From the NCBI GenBank assembly GCA_024137785.1, contig JAHRHZ010000070.1, forward strand, positions 6,102,575 through 6,166,574: DNA of 64,000 nt, written 5' to 3'. The position numbers and the translations under genes are program-made. Position 1 is the first letter of the stretch. The number at the start of each line of letters is the position of its first letter. This document shows positions 12,242-25,443 of this stretch, one piece after another. The stretch is from Ginglymostoma cirratum (lineage: Eukaryota). The notes under the pieces are model-generated. The model was given only the letters and a program-made list of their open reading frames with translations. It was not told the DNA's origin and searched no databases.

Positions 12242-13996
12242 CTGGGTATTGTTATTTGTTCAGCTAGCACTGCATTTTCCAGTCTCTGACTCGTGCAGTA
12301 GTAACCCTTTGCAATCCTGACAAGTCACACACTCAAATTAACTAAGCAGCCTTCATCTGTTTGAAACCTGAATTGATAGATCTCTGAAAGACGTTCATTA
12401 TAATCTTAACTATGTTGCTGCCATATCAGAGAACCTAAAGAACTGAGAACTTAAACTTTCTATTCTTTGTAGTAATATAACTTGCAGATCAGAAATTATA
12501 ATGCATGTAGAAGAATACTGGCTATAAAAGGCAAATGTGATACGTGACACGGCTTCACCTATACTTCAGAATGCAAAAGTCATTGATTTTGCACTGCCAG
12601 AGGGGACCAAAGTTGGAAAAAGAATGGAAGATACAATGCTGCCTTACCTGCAGTGCAATCTGCACCCCCTTTGAACGTGGTTTCACCGCACGTTGTGGGG
12701 TCAGAGAATGAGAAATGCGACGTTACGTGAAACTCTGAATTTTAAGATATTGAGGTACCTCAAGTTGCCAGTTTTATGAATTTATTTGTTCAGACGTACC
12801 TATTAATAATTTAGTGCTGGGAGATATGAAAGTTCAATTTTCAAACCCACCTAGCTTTCAAAAATAATATTCTGAGATACTTAACTTATGCCCTGAGGTT
12901 CCAACAGTAAATCTTTAGGCCCTCCACTTCCAGTGCAACAAGTAGTAGTATTGGTCTGTGTTAACTATACATTTTAGGAACTGTGACATCTGGTAGGACA
13001 AGTAAAAAAAAACTTCGATGCGTTGTGACTTTGCACCAACATTCCTGTTCACTGCTCACATCTATCTTGATACTCCAGTTGATCCTTCCTTTGTGAGTAC
13101 CCCGTGCAGCTGTATTATGCTTTAAAAACTGGTCCCATTTTACCCTGGAAACTGTGACAGTCAGAGTTATATTGAGACCCGAGATCATCATTCTGGAAGC
13201 ATTGTCAGATTCAAATGTACATATCCAGAGCCACACAAAGCCAATTCCAAGAGGACTTTTGTGCCAGTTGGAAAATGGGTTGATGTGAGAGCTACATCAA
13301 TGCTGGGATTTCTACATTATTTATAACGTGAGTTGGATCAGTAACCGAATACATCCACAAATTTATTTTAGCTTATTGATTTTTATTCTCTGCTATGTCA
13401 AAGAGGGCTAAAACTCAACATGTCAATACCATATATAATTGCAGCTCTATTATCTACCATAATAGCTGGTCACTACCTGTAGATAATAATTGTGAATTCT
13501 AAACCACTTATGATGCAAAGAATTATCTTATCTGAACATCTTGGAAGTTTAATAGCCATGGGTTTTCATTTTGAAGCTTGGATATTGTTAGAAAAAAAAT
13601 TGCTGTCAGCTGGATTCCCATTGGTCCTTTGGATTTTAAGTCTTGAAGGCATCTTAACCCAAAGCTTACAATCAGGACTGCTGACATAATTAAATCATCA
13701 GTTTTTCAATGTCAAGGTAATGACTGCTGATTCAAAGAACCAGTATCAGAAATATTCAAGGAAAGAGCAGTTGTAAGTCAACTGAATTATGTGTACCAAG
13801 ACTCTGGCCGATAAGAAATTCTTGCGTGTAATTGACGAATCCCCTTTATTAAAAATTGTACATATCCAGACTCTGCAGTGCACAGGTCCCACTCATGACT
13901 TTTAGGCTGAATGATAAAAAAAAATTTGCATTTCAAATCTGTGAGCGAAACAGTGATCGCAGCATGTTAAACATCTTGAATTCTTCATCTGGACAG

Positions 13997-14181
13997 GAGT
14001 TCCAGCTGCACGTAGTGGACGCATTGCTCAATTACTTGGCCAGCAAGCACTCGTTCAGCCAGTACAACCTCAACTGCATCTGCAACTGAAGCCACAGCCA
14101 CAACTTTTACTTCAACAGCAGTATTTGCTGCACCAACATCAAGCATATTTCCAGCAACAGCAAATACTTCAGACTGCGCAG
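13997..14181 (+). CDS. AAK1: AAK1-like Gln/Pro-rich exon (VPAARSGRIAQLLGQQALVQPVQPQ...AYFQQQQILQTAQ)
   Basis: ggacag|GA ... GCGCAG|gtaatg, 185 bp. Open Gln-rich frame that links the phase-1 upstream donor to the phase-0 downstream acceptor. The acceptor position is less certain than the donor. Confidence 0.78.
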
Positions 14182-14559
14182 GTAATGCTCAATTTCATGT
14201 AAAACTCTACTTTTGTGATGGAATGGGAGGGAAAAATACAAAAGTAGTTGGGTGCAATGTAAGTAGTCCATCATTAGGTACTCAATTCTTCATTGATTCC
14301 TCAACCATGAGGAGCACATGGATATTTGGCTTCAATATTGAGATGATCATATCGGCTACCTCTGCCATTTCCCCTTATTTACCTAGCCACCAAGCAATGG
14401 TTCTTGAACAGTTTGCCCTGAACTTGCATTATTCTTTTTTTCTTGTATTTCCCTGTTTTCCCTCTCTAAGCACATCTTGTCTAAGAGACCCACCTCCTCC
14501 TTTGATTTCTGTTTTCACTAAACAGCTAACCTTCCAGATTCCCTTATTATTTTACTTGA

Positions 14560-15380
14560 ACTGATATCTCTTGAGGTACTGCCCACCCGTCTTCTGAATC
14601 TGCCATCATTGTTTCTGTCCTCAAAATGTCAACTTTTAACCTCTTCTCCTTTTGCAAACAACTGCTCCATCTCCAACCTCCCTTTCCTCACCAAAGTTCA
14701 TGAATGTTGACTCCCAGTTCTTTTCTCACCTATCTAGAACTTCATGTTTGAATCCCTCCATTCAGGTTTTGGCCTTGTCATAGTCAAGAAACTGCTTATC
14801 AAAGTCTCACATACACCTTACCTGATTCTTTTAAAGGTAAAACTCGCCTTGGCCTGCTTACAGCCCTTTGAATGGTTGAGTTGACCTCCCCTCCCCTTGC
14901 TACCAGGCTAGACTTCCTATGAAGCTCTCCCTTGCCCTGGTTTCTCTCCTAAATCCTGTTGAGCCCTCTTTGAATCCATCTTGTGAAACCCACTTCTGCT
15001 GTTTCACACAGCATTCCTGTCGTCATTGACTAGATTGGCTTTGATTTTGAAATTCTCGTTCAAATCCCTCCATAATCTCACTCCTCCCTATCACTGGAAC
15101 CTTTTTTGACATTACTACCCTCCAATTTATTTCACTGAAGCATTGGACTCTTGAACACTATCGATTTTACTGTGGAGATCCTTCTCTAAATCTCTTCTCC
15201 CTTTCCCACATTCCTCCTTTAGAATACTTCATAAAACACCCACCTCTGAACAAGCTCACGGTCATCTGTCCTGATTTCTCCCTATGTGGATTGGTCTGAA
15301 ATGCTTTGTAATGTTCTTGTGTGCCATCTTAGGATGTTGTATTAACTCAAAGGTGCTGTATAATTATAGGCTGCTCTTGG
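14560..15380 (+). mobile_element. Degraded L2-clade LINE
   Basis: ccatctccaacctcccctttcctcaccaaagtt (PISNLPFLxK) and tttgaatccctccattcaggtttt (FE.LQSGF-like). Confidence 0.6.
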
Positions 15381-15599
15381 TGGCCCATTCACTTACAATA
15401 ATTTCATTAAAAGCTCTAACTCATTTTCTGTCGTCAGATTTAATTAAACTTTTTATATTTATCCTTTGACAATGAGTTTTTTTTTGAGGCAACAATGCTT
15501 TGAGCTATCCTATTCCCAGGTATGCCCACACAGGTGACTAATCAGTATAAAATCCTTGGATTTTCTTTTTAACTTATTGCTACTACTTCTACCATTATA

Positions 15600-16200
15600 G
15601 AATTATTACAGCACAAGAGGAGGCCATTTGACCCATGCTTAGAGTTTGTGCTGCTCTTTTAGAACAATCCATTCAGTTCTTTTTCTCTGTCTCTAGCCCT
15701 GCAAGCTTATTTCACTCAAGTGCCTGTTTCGTTTCATTTTGAAATCTTTGCCTCTGCTTCCACTACTTTTGTATGCATTGAATTCCAGGTTGCAACCACT
15801 CTCCAGGTTTATTTTAAAGAAACATGCTGTTCATACCGAAACCTTGAATCCATGTATGTTTGTTCTTGGGCCATCAGCCAATCAGAACAGTTTTCTTTTC
15901 TCCACCATATCTAAACCTACCATAATCTTGTATACCTGTATCAAATATATACTTAATCTTCTTTACTTCAGAGAGAACAATCCCACTTTCAGTGACCTAA
16001 CCTTGTAGTTAAATTCTCTAAGCCCTCGAATCATTGTGGTAAATCTCTTCTGCACTCTTTTGGGGGCCTTCACATCCTTCCAAAAGCATGGTGGCCAAAA
16101 CTAGATGTAATAGTCGAGGTGTCCCAACCAGACTTTTACAAAAGTACAGCATAATTTCTGGCTTTCGTACCCAGTATTTCTGTACATGACCCTCAACTAT
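15600..16200 (-). mobile_element. CR1 3' fragment
   Basis: acagcacaagaggaggccatttgaccc tail; minus-strand LYFCKSLV-like RT C-terminus. Confidence 0.65.
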
Positions 16201-17934
16201 CAATGGACTAGTCAACTTCTTTAAATGATGATCCCCTTCAAAACTCATACCTTGCAAAATTTGGTTTGATGACTTAATTTGCTGTAGTTAATTCTGCTGA
16301 TCTTCTCCAGTGCTTTAGTTCCTATGTTCGCAGTGCTGGACTCATGCCCTTTCTTGGAATTTCAAGATCACTTCATATGACTGTTTGGTCAGTGCAACAT
16401 TTTTCTTGGAAACTATGTATTTTCTTTAAACTTGAATCCCATCATATTGTGACTGAAAGTTTTTTGCTGCAATGAATCCTTCAGTTAGCATCTATCTCAG
16501 TTGAAGCCTATGTTGATAATGCTAGTGGAAGGAGGTAATTATGTATGATAATTTAAAATATTTTGTATTTATCATTCTGCAAGCAGTAAGTGCTGAGTCT
16601 ATGCTTATATCAAAAAGAAATTTATGCAACAAGTGGAAGCCTTCAGAGCCATCATTGATGGCAATGACACTCGTTTCACCTTCTAGCTAGTTTATGAAGT
16701 GCAGATTTAGTCCCTTTGACCTAATCTACAAACAGAGACTTGTACTTATGAGACTAGAGAAGTTTGGTGTTGGGGCAAAGTAAGTTGCCCAATTAGGGGT
16801 TAGGCTGTGCATCACCTCTATCTTCAAACATGATCAAGTGCCAATGTTGATATCACTACTCCGGTCTTGAAGGAATATGATGGTGTTTCGTTTTCTGTAG
16901 GCAGAATAATGCCAAACGTGCATTGCTGGACCAATGTGGTGTATTTTTTGGTAGCAGCCAACATGTTAGCTGATATTTTGTCTGTCTGAGTTGCTGTGTT
17001 GGCTGAAAACCTCAAGCAAATAGGCAGCAGCAGTTACTTGTGATTTTCAAATGAACACGCTAAATATGTATGCAAGTTACAGGTTTGGATCTTGTGTCAA
17101 TAAGCTGAATAGCACATCTGATACTTGTTTCATCAGCTGAGTGTTCACCAAGGAGACTTGAACCTAGATGTGTGGAGTCAGCCACTAATCACCTTCCAAA
17201 AAAAAATGTTCTTGAGGGATCACTATCAAGAGCATGTAGGCACACTGTCGGACCATTTGAGTTGTGTTAAGCTGCTAAATAAAGAGCGTGTCTAATGCTC
17301 CTTTGATATAGAGTCTATACATTTGGCATTGATGGTTTCTCTGCCTTAAATAAATTGGAAATGTTGATTGTGACAGTGGAATTCCCATGTTGAGTTAACA
17401 TACATGCCAGTGACTGGATTTGCTTGAAGTTATATAAATTGTCATTGCCAGTTAGTTTAACAGAAATACAGATAATGGTTTTTTCCCCCCAAAACAGGTT
17501 TTTGGTGAGGTTCTTTAGGATTTAAGGTAACTGCGCATTTATTTTTAATGTTTTCATCTCTTGGGAGGGGCTAATTCCTTAAACAATCTTCTGTTTTATC
17601 GGATTATTCAGAACTTCAATTTAGCTGCTGGCTTTTGTTCTCTCTCGTTAGGTTTATTTTTCCGGGTGTGCTGATAACATTCAGAATGTCATTATCCGAG
17701 CTCTTTGGTGTTATCACTTAAAGATGATCTGGTTTATTTGTGTTCTGTTATAATATCAAAGAATTCCTCCACACAGCAAGATATACACTGTGGAATGGAA
17801 CGGTGCCTTTTTAAGGTGGCAGGAAATTCTTTTCATCCAATCCTTACTGTGAAATCTTCAAATATTTCTGCTCCACTTCGTTTCAAAGGGTCCTGGTCTG
17901 CTTATGTACAGAAACAAATGTCCATCCATAACCC

Positions 17935-20050
17935 CGTAAGACATAGGAGCAGAAATAGGGCATTCAGCACGTTGAGTCTACTCTGTCATACAGTGAGATC
18001 TTGTAGTTTTCAATGAGTACTGCTGTCATCTAAACACGAGTAATATAAGCCCACCTGCTCAAAAAAGAAATCCCTTCATACTTGGAATAAACCTAATGAC
18101 CTCTTTCTGGATAGTCTCCAATGCCAGTATATCTTATCTTAGGGGGAGCAGAACTATTCAGAGTATTCCTGTTGTGGCCTGACTGATGCCTTGTTTAGTT
18201 TTAGCAAGATCTCTGGCATTTTGTACTCCATTCCCTTTGAAATAAAGGCCAGCAGTCCATTTCCTTCCTGTTGCCCGCTGAACTTGAAAATTAACGTTTT
18301 GTGATTCATGCCAAATCCTTCTGTGCTGTAGCTTTCTGCAGTCTTTCCCTATTTTAAATAATATTCAGCTCCTCTATCCTTCCTGCCAAAATGCATAATC
18401 TCATTTTTGCTACATTATGGTCTATCTGACACTTTTTTGCCCACTCAATCTGTCTATATCCCTCTGTAGAGTCTTTGTGTCAACCTCACTATTTGCCTTC
18501 CCACCTATTTTTGTCATTCACAAACCTGGCAAGAGTACGTTTACTTCCATCGTCTAAGTCAATAATGTACGCTAACTAATTGTGACCCCAGCACTGCTTC
18601 CTGTGGCACTCCACTAGTTTCAGGTTGCCGTCTTGAAAATGCCCCCATTATCTGAACTCTGACTTCTATTTATGTTAATGTATTATTGCCATAGCCAAGA
18701 ACTCTGAATCTATTAAGTGGACTTATGTGCGTACTGTATTGAAAGCCTTTGGATATGCAAATATATTACATCTGGTTCCCTTTCGTGAAGCCTCGCTGAC
18801 TCTACATCATTTCTGATAGACTTTATACTTGTCTTTTTTTAATCTCTCTCTTTGAATAGGAGCATTACATTGGCAACTTTTCAATCCTGTAAGATCTTTC
18901 CAGAAACTAAGGATTCTTTGAACATAGCGACGAGTGCATCTGCTCACTCTGTAGCCACTTTCATTGGAATCCTGGGATGCTTATCAGTGTTTAGCACCAT
19001 TAGTTTCACTACTGCCTGTTCTCTCATGATAGTTATTTTATTTAGTTCACCTCTTCCCCCTTTACCCTTTGATTATTTAGTGTCTGTAGAATGCTGTTAC
19101 AGTCTTGCACCATGAAAACTAAAGCAGAGTATTTATTCAACAACTTCTCTACTATTTCCTGTGCTCCCCATTATTATTTACTCAGTCATCATCTCTACGG
19201 AACCTGTGTTCACTTTGGCTGCCCCCCCCTTCCTTAAAATGTATTAAAGCAATGTCTTACCGTCCATTTTTGTAGTGCTTGCTAGTTTGCCCTGAGCTTA
19301 TTTTCTTTCTGTTTATATTTTTGGTCATCTTTTGATGGTATTTAAAATTTTCTCAATCTTCTGGTTTATCGCTAATCTTTGCCTCATAGTACATTTTTCT
19401 TTCACTTTGATACTATCCTTAACTTCTTTGGTTAAACATGATTGGTTTATCTCCTTATCCTCCGTCTGACTGAGAATTATCTTTGCTATGAGTCATTAAT
19501 TATTTTCTTAAATGTCTTGTCAATGTTCCGCAGCTATTTTTACTGCTAAATTCCTTTCCCAGTCATCTCCATTCTCATTCCTATGTAATTATCATTAATT
19601 AAGTTTTAGCACAGTTGTTTCTGACCCAGGTTTCTCACTGTCAAATTGAATGCTAATTTCCTCCATGTTATAGTCCCTGTTCCTAAGGGGATCTTCTATT
19701 GAGTTCATTTATTCAACCTGTCTCATTACATGTTACCAGATCCAAATAGCCTTATCCCTGGATGGATCTAGGAAACTGTACCAAAAAGACTTTCTGAATT
19801 CTTCCTTGTAGGTACCTCTGCCGTCTTGATTTCTTCCACTCCTTGCAAGTTTAAATGTATCAAGGTTATCATACTGCCATTCTTTTTTACATGCAGTCTT
19901 TATCTCCTGATTTGCTCTGTTCTACAGAGCATCTATGTTTAGATGGCCTATGGATTACTATCAGCATCTTCTGCCCCATGTTATATCTTTCTTCCACTCC
20001 TATGGTTTCTACATCGTCCAGTCAGATTATTTCTTGGTATTGTACTTATT
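17935..20050 (-). mobile_element. Degraded CR1 LINE
   Basis: taagacataggagcagaaatagggcattcagc tail followed by decayed RT and EN sequence. Confidence 0.7.
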
Positions 20051-20059
20051 CCATATTGT

Positions 20060-20278
20060 GGGGAGCTGAGTTGGCTGGATTGATGGGTTTTTGATGCCGA
20101 ATATAGCCAACAGCATGGGTTCAATTCCCAGATCAGCTAATGGTACACTGAAGGACTCCTTCTCAACCTCTCCCCTTGCCTGAAGCATGGTGACCCTCAG
20201 GTTAAACCGTCACCAGTTGCCTCTCTAATGAGAGAGCAGCCCTGTGGAGCGTTAAGACGATGGCAACTTTACTTTATT
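20060..20278 (+). mobile_element. tRNA-derived SINE-like element (non-HE1 family)
   Basis: A-box-like agctgagttggc, B-box-like gggttcaattccc, and (ACTTT)n tail. Confidence 0.5.
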
Positions 20279-20849
20279 TCATCTTGTATTAATGAAGCTA
20301 TTCCATCACCCCTCCTGTGTGTCCTTTTGAAAAGTCATTACTGTTGATGTTGCATGACACCATATAAGTTTGAGTAATAGTTGATTTCATGTAAAAGTAT
20401 AACCTCAACCTCTGTCAAAAAATCTAAGATCTTTCCACTTGCCACTGAAGCCAAACTTTCTTGTTGCAAACCTACTGATTTGAACACAACTGTTCAGTTC
20501 CATGTGTTGCCTGTTTCTACATGCTGTCAAGGTTCCCATCTCACTGGCAGTTTCTGCATTCCCACTAATCCCTTCCTTTAATACGATAGTGCAGTATCAA
20601 GAAGGAACAACAGTCACATCGCTCAGTTTAAACGTTGTCAGTCAAGTTGTTAGAATTGCAGAGCAAACAATTAGTTGTGACGCAAGTAAAGAATTTGAGC
20701 CATCAGAGAAAGTTAAAGAATGGGCAAGTTCTCTACACAACCAAGGCAGATATTCAAAAATAAATATGTAACAGTAGAAAGCCTAACGTGAGCACAGTTG
20801 CAAAATTGTTTCAAAAGACAAAATTGACAGAATGGCCACTGACCTGTCC

Positions 20850-21455
20850 TTGTAGCCATAGTATTTAGATGTTCAGTCAAATTGTGTTTCTGGTCAATGG
20901 CAACCCACACAATGGTGATAGGAAGGAATTCGGCAATAGTCAGAAGCTGGGAATATTATCTTGGGTAATACTTCCTGACTGTCCAAAGTCTGTCTGACCA
21001 CCTGCAAGGTACAAGTAAGGAGTGTGATTTAAATAGTCCCTGCTTGTCTGAATCTGCGCACTTCTAAGGTACATTGAAGAATTTGGGCCATCCAGGACAA
21101 AGCAACTGATTGGCACCCTGTCAACCATGTGGAAAACGTACATTAGCAACTTACTGAGTCTCCTTCAATAACACATTGCAGACTCGTGACCTCTGTCACT
21201 AGATGACGAGCAAATGGGACCACCACCACTCATAAATTCTCCTGAAAGTCTCCCACCATCCTGACTTTCAACAATGTAGCTTTTCCTTCATGGTGGCTGT
21301 CAAAATCTTGCAGTTCACTCCCTAACAACACTATAGGTTTATTTCATGGTCCATAATAATTCATGGACGGCTCGCAATCACCAACTTGAGGAAAATTTTA
21401 AGGATAGGCTGTATGCTGGACTCGAAGTGATGCTCAATCCTAAAAACAAATTATA
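20850..21455 (+). mobile_element. LINE 3' fragment (CR1/L2-superclade family; related copies at ~4165, 28540-30250, 40190-40920, 41095, 45240)
   Basis: catccaggacaaagcaactgattggcaccc...tcaaaatcttgcagttcactccctaacaacact, shared with the other copies. Confidence 0.6.
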
Positions 21456-22039
21456 AAAAGTATATAGCCCATTTATATTTTGCACTGTTGTTTCAACTCA
21501 ATGTTGACTGATTAAATTCAGTGCCCTAAAGTGAGTGATGGTTATTTAATAACAGATTGACCTGAATAATATGAACTTGGGGCACACACCAGCCTGTAAA
21601 TTAGCACCCAGGTCAAAAAAGCAAATCCCTTGCTGTGCCTACAGATTTTGCCTCTGAGGCCAGTTTAAGATGAAACATTACAAAGAGCTTGTGACATATC
21701 AACTTAATAATGCAAAGTGAGAAACAGGCTGAATATAGAGAGTTGAGTATTGTCAAAAAAAAATTACAAAAACTTCCGATTCAACTCTCAGCTAAAATTA
21801 AATACAAGAGACTCATTAAACATAGAAATAATAAAAGGGCAGGAAGAGCAGATCTGAGCCAATTGTTAACTTAAGAAAAGATATATCAGGAAAAGAGCAT
21901 GTACAAGATACTAAATGTGAATGAAAGCAAAACATTGCAGATTCTAAAAATCTGAAACAACCAGAAAGTGAGAGAGAAGCTCAGCAGGTCTGGTGGCATC
22001 TGGAAAGAGGAACAGAATTAACGTTTTGAGTTTGAGTTA

Positions 22040-22462
22040 TAAGGAGAGGCTGGATAGGCTGGGACTTTTATTCACTGGAGCGTAGGAATTTGAGAAGTGA
22101 CCTTCTAGAGGTTAATAAAGTACTGATGGTTATAGATAAGGTGAATGGCAAATGTCTCTTCCCTAGGGTGGGGAATTTCAAGACTAGGCGGCATATCTTT
22201 AAGGTGAGAGGAGAAAGATTTAAAGATGTGAGGAGCTTTTTTTTCCTGCACAGAATGGTTTGTGTCTGGAATGAACTTAGAGAGGACGTGGTGGATGTGG
22301 GTACAGTTACATTTAAAAGACATTTAGACAAGTGCGTGAATAAGAAGTGTTTGGAGGGATATGGGACAAGTGCAGCCAGGTGGGACTAGTATAGTTTGGG
22401 ATCATGGTCGGGATAGACTGGTTCACCTGAAGGGTCTGATTCCGTGCTGTATGACTCTCGTA
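22040..22462 (+). mobile_element. CR1 3' end
   Basis: ORF 22090-22389 (LFPRVGNFKTRRHIFKVRGERF...VWNEL); tail gctgtatgactct. Confidence 0.85.
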
Positions 22463-23883
22463 TGACTAGTCATTTACAAGACACTATATAGCAGTGCTAA
22501 AAATCAAGAGGTCTGGATAATGTATCTTTCACGTTGACTTGTTAGGATCTCGAGCGCACTGCCCTGGATGATGATGGCAATGGATTCAAAGGGAATTGGA
22601 CAAGCACCTGGCTGGCATAAAATTTGCATGGCTGCCTGGGTATAGTTGGGGTTGGGATTTGTTAAATTGTTGCAGAGGGTAGCATGGATATGGTGAACCC
22701 AAATAAGCATGTGAGCTCTAACCTCTGTGGTTCTATGTAAATGGGTATCTGTTCATTGGGTATTTTCCTCCATGCAGTTGCAATAATGAAAAGGAGGAAT
22801 CCTGAGAAAGGCTAGTTATAAGAATGGTGATCGTCTAAGAAGTAACTCTAAAGATGGATAATTTAATTAAGTTTTAATCGAGAGCTATTGAATGAAGCAG
22901 AAAATCAATCTGCATCAACAAGTGTGCTGCTTTTGAATCTTGTCCCTGCTGATTTAATGCAGTTAAATTTCAAAAGTAACTTTTGATCTGATATTAGTTT
23001 GAAAGTAGGCCTGCTGTTTAGCATGAACTTTTGTAAAGTTCATATCTCTTCATTTTTCTGTATTTTTTTGCAACAAAGGATTGAGAAAGGAATTGTTGCA
23101 TGTTTTCAAAAAGTGAGTTACGAAATTCCTAAATTGTGTTTATACTGCATTGCTGAAACAGTGGGGGAGGCTATTTGTAGTTGGGCTGGCAACAGCTACT
23201 ACTGATTGGTTTGTAGGGTTGTGACTAGTTGTGGATGACCGTGGGCATCAGCCTGAGCAGCAACTGTCTGCTTGGCTCCTGGGTAGCTAAACAGCTTGTG
23301 GTTGTTAACAATACAGGTAGAAGTCTTTAGAATCGTGCAAAAGGCTGATGGTGTGTCTTTGTCTTCAGTAAAATACCTAAAGCCTGAAGAAGGCTGATTT
23401 TATTTTCTTTCACCTGATGCTGTGGCCTTTATAACCAGTAACCAAGAGAATTTGCAGTTAGTGTATTTAATAACCTGCTCCCCTAATGAAGATGAAAGAA
23501 CCTGGGGAAAAGAGATTATGCAACTGAGTGTTCTGACAAATAAAAGGATCATCTCAATGAGCTTTGTAAACTAAACTGGGACAGTTGAACTGTTTCCCCA
23601 GTGTTATTCTCCTCCATGCATAACAACAATTTTTTTTTTGTTTACCTGTTTGTGTATGTCTGTAGGGGAGTTTTACAAGGGAATTGTAGTTGTAACTCAT
23701 AGGTAGACAGATATAATCTGTCAACATATAACTGCGGTTCGAATCTATTTGTTTGTAATAAATAGTAGTCCCTGTTAAGTACAAAAAGCTGGTCCATGTT
23801 TTCTTTTCACCTGTGTCTATCTGACCAGTAAATTGGGGGTCAGGGTAAACTGTAGGCAGTTGAAAAGACAGTTGGTGAAGAAG

Positions 23884-24169
23884 ACAGCACGGTGGTTCAA
23901 TGGTTAACACTGCTGCCTCAGTGTCAGGGACCTGGGTTCAATTTCCCTCTGGGGCAACTGTCTCTGTATGGAGTTTGAACATTCTCTTCTTGTCTGCGTG
24001 GGTTTCCTCCCACCGTCCAAAGATATGCAGGCTAGATGGATTGCCCGTGCTAAATTGCCCATAGTGTTCATGTGTACGTTAGGTGGGTTTGGGGAATGGG
24101 TCTGGCCCTGAGGGTCAGAGTAAACTTATTAGGCCGAAGGGCCTGTTTCCACACTGTAGAGACTCTATG
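23884..24169 (+). mobile_element. HE1-type tRNA-derived SINE
   Basis: A box (ggtggttcaatggtta), B box (gggttcaatttcc), central tgcgtgggtttcctcc, CR1-like tail ggcctgtttccacactgta. Confidence 0.85.
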
Positions 24170-25281
24170 GAAGGTTTTGCAACTCAATTACTAGTTAACC
24201 AGTTAGTTATTTGCGAGCAAGAGAAAGATACTCCGTCCTAAAGAGATGCTTCCCTAGCAGGCTCTGTTCTCTGAAGACTGTGAAATTCTGGGAGCCAGGA
24301 AATACAGCTAGGCGTTAAGGCTCAGAAAAGGCCCTGGGATCAGTGGGATTTCAGTCCCGTTGAGAGTGTGGTGAAGGAAATCTACAAGCAGTATTTGCTC
24401 TGGTGCAACTGTGAATCCCAAGAGCTGTACCAGCTCGATGAAGTTGGTTGTCTGGAAGTTGGAAATGTCTGTGTTGGAATACAATTTCCAGAATTGAGGG
24501 GAGTGCACTCCCAGAAAAGGAGAGTGAACAACCAGCACGGAATCATTTTTGAGGTAATTAATGATGGAGTGGCTTTTGAGGGAATTCCAGAACTAGGTCA
24601 CAGAAAGAGAAAATACAAGGATCCCTTGTAAAATTTTTAAGATTTGACAACCCACAGTCTCACTTTATTTTGGATGTTGGTGGGTGGTATGCTGTTGAGA
24701 AATCTATGATCTGATTTAGCCACATTAGCTATTTGATATATTTTGTGGAATTCAACCATGGTTTGTACGTTACCCACGTTTACCTCTGGCTAATTCTGGA
24801 GTGAGAATATAAGTTGTATATGTATTGTAGATTGTGCCACTGTTCTAACTTTGTGCAGTAAAGTGTATTAGTATTTGTTCCAAATTTTGGAATCTTGTGA
24901 CTTTATCCTTTTCGTGAGCATCAGGATATTTGCATTTTTGGGGACTCCTTTGTTTTAAAAAATGTTGTAGGCCCCAAACTGGATCATAACAAAGGTGGTG
25001 TGTGGGCTGAGATCATAAAATCCATACTTAACAATTTCATACAAGTATCATATGGACTGTAGTAGTCTAAGGGTGGTTTTTCATCACCGCCTGGGGGCAA
25101 TTATGGATGGGTCTTAAATGTAGTTTCTCCAGCATGTCTGTCTGCGTGGATAGGAAATTGTAGCTGTGAGTCAAACCACAGTGAGCTCTACATTGTGAAT
25201 AGTGAATGAAAACAATTGAAGAATCTTGTTGTCAACATGTTTCATGATAGCTGAAATTCCATTTATTTTCTAAACCTACAG

Positions 25282-25443
25282 CACTACCAAGTGATACAGC
25301 AGGCCCAGAAGCAGATGATGCAGAATTGCTATCTTCAGCAGCAGTACGCAACAGCCTTGCAGCAGCAAGCAACTTTGCGGCACATGATGGCACAAGCGTC
25401 CGTTCAGCAGATGGCTGTACAGCAGCAGCAGCAACAAGCTCTG
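25282..25443 (+). CDS. AAK1: AAK1-like Gln-rich exon (HYQVIQQAQKQMMQNCYLQQQYATALQQQ...QQQQQQAL)
   Basis: cctacag|CAC ... GCTCTG|gtaaga, 162 bp, phase 0-0. Resembles recalled AAK1 QQQLMQNFYQQQ...LATALHQQQ. Confidence 0.85.
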
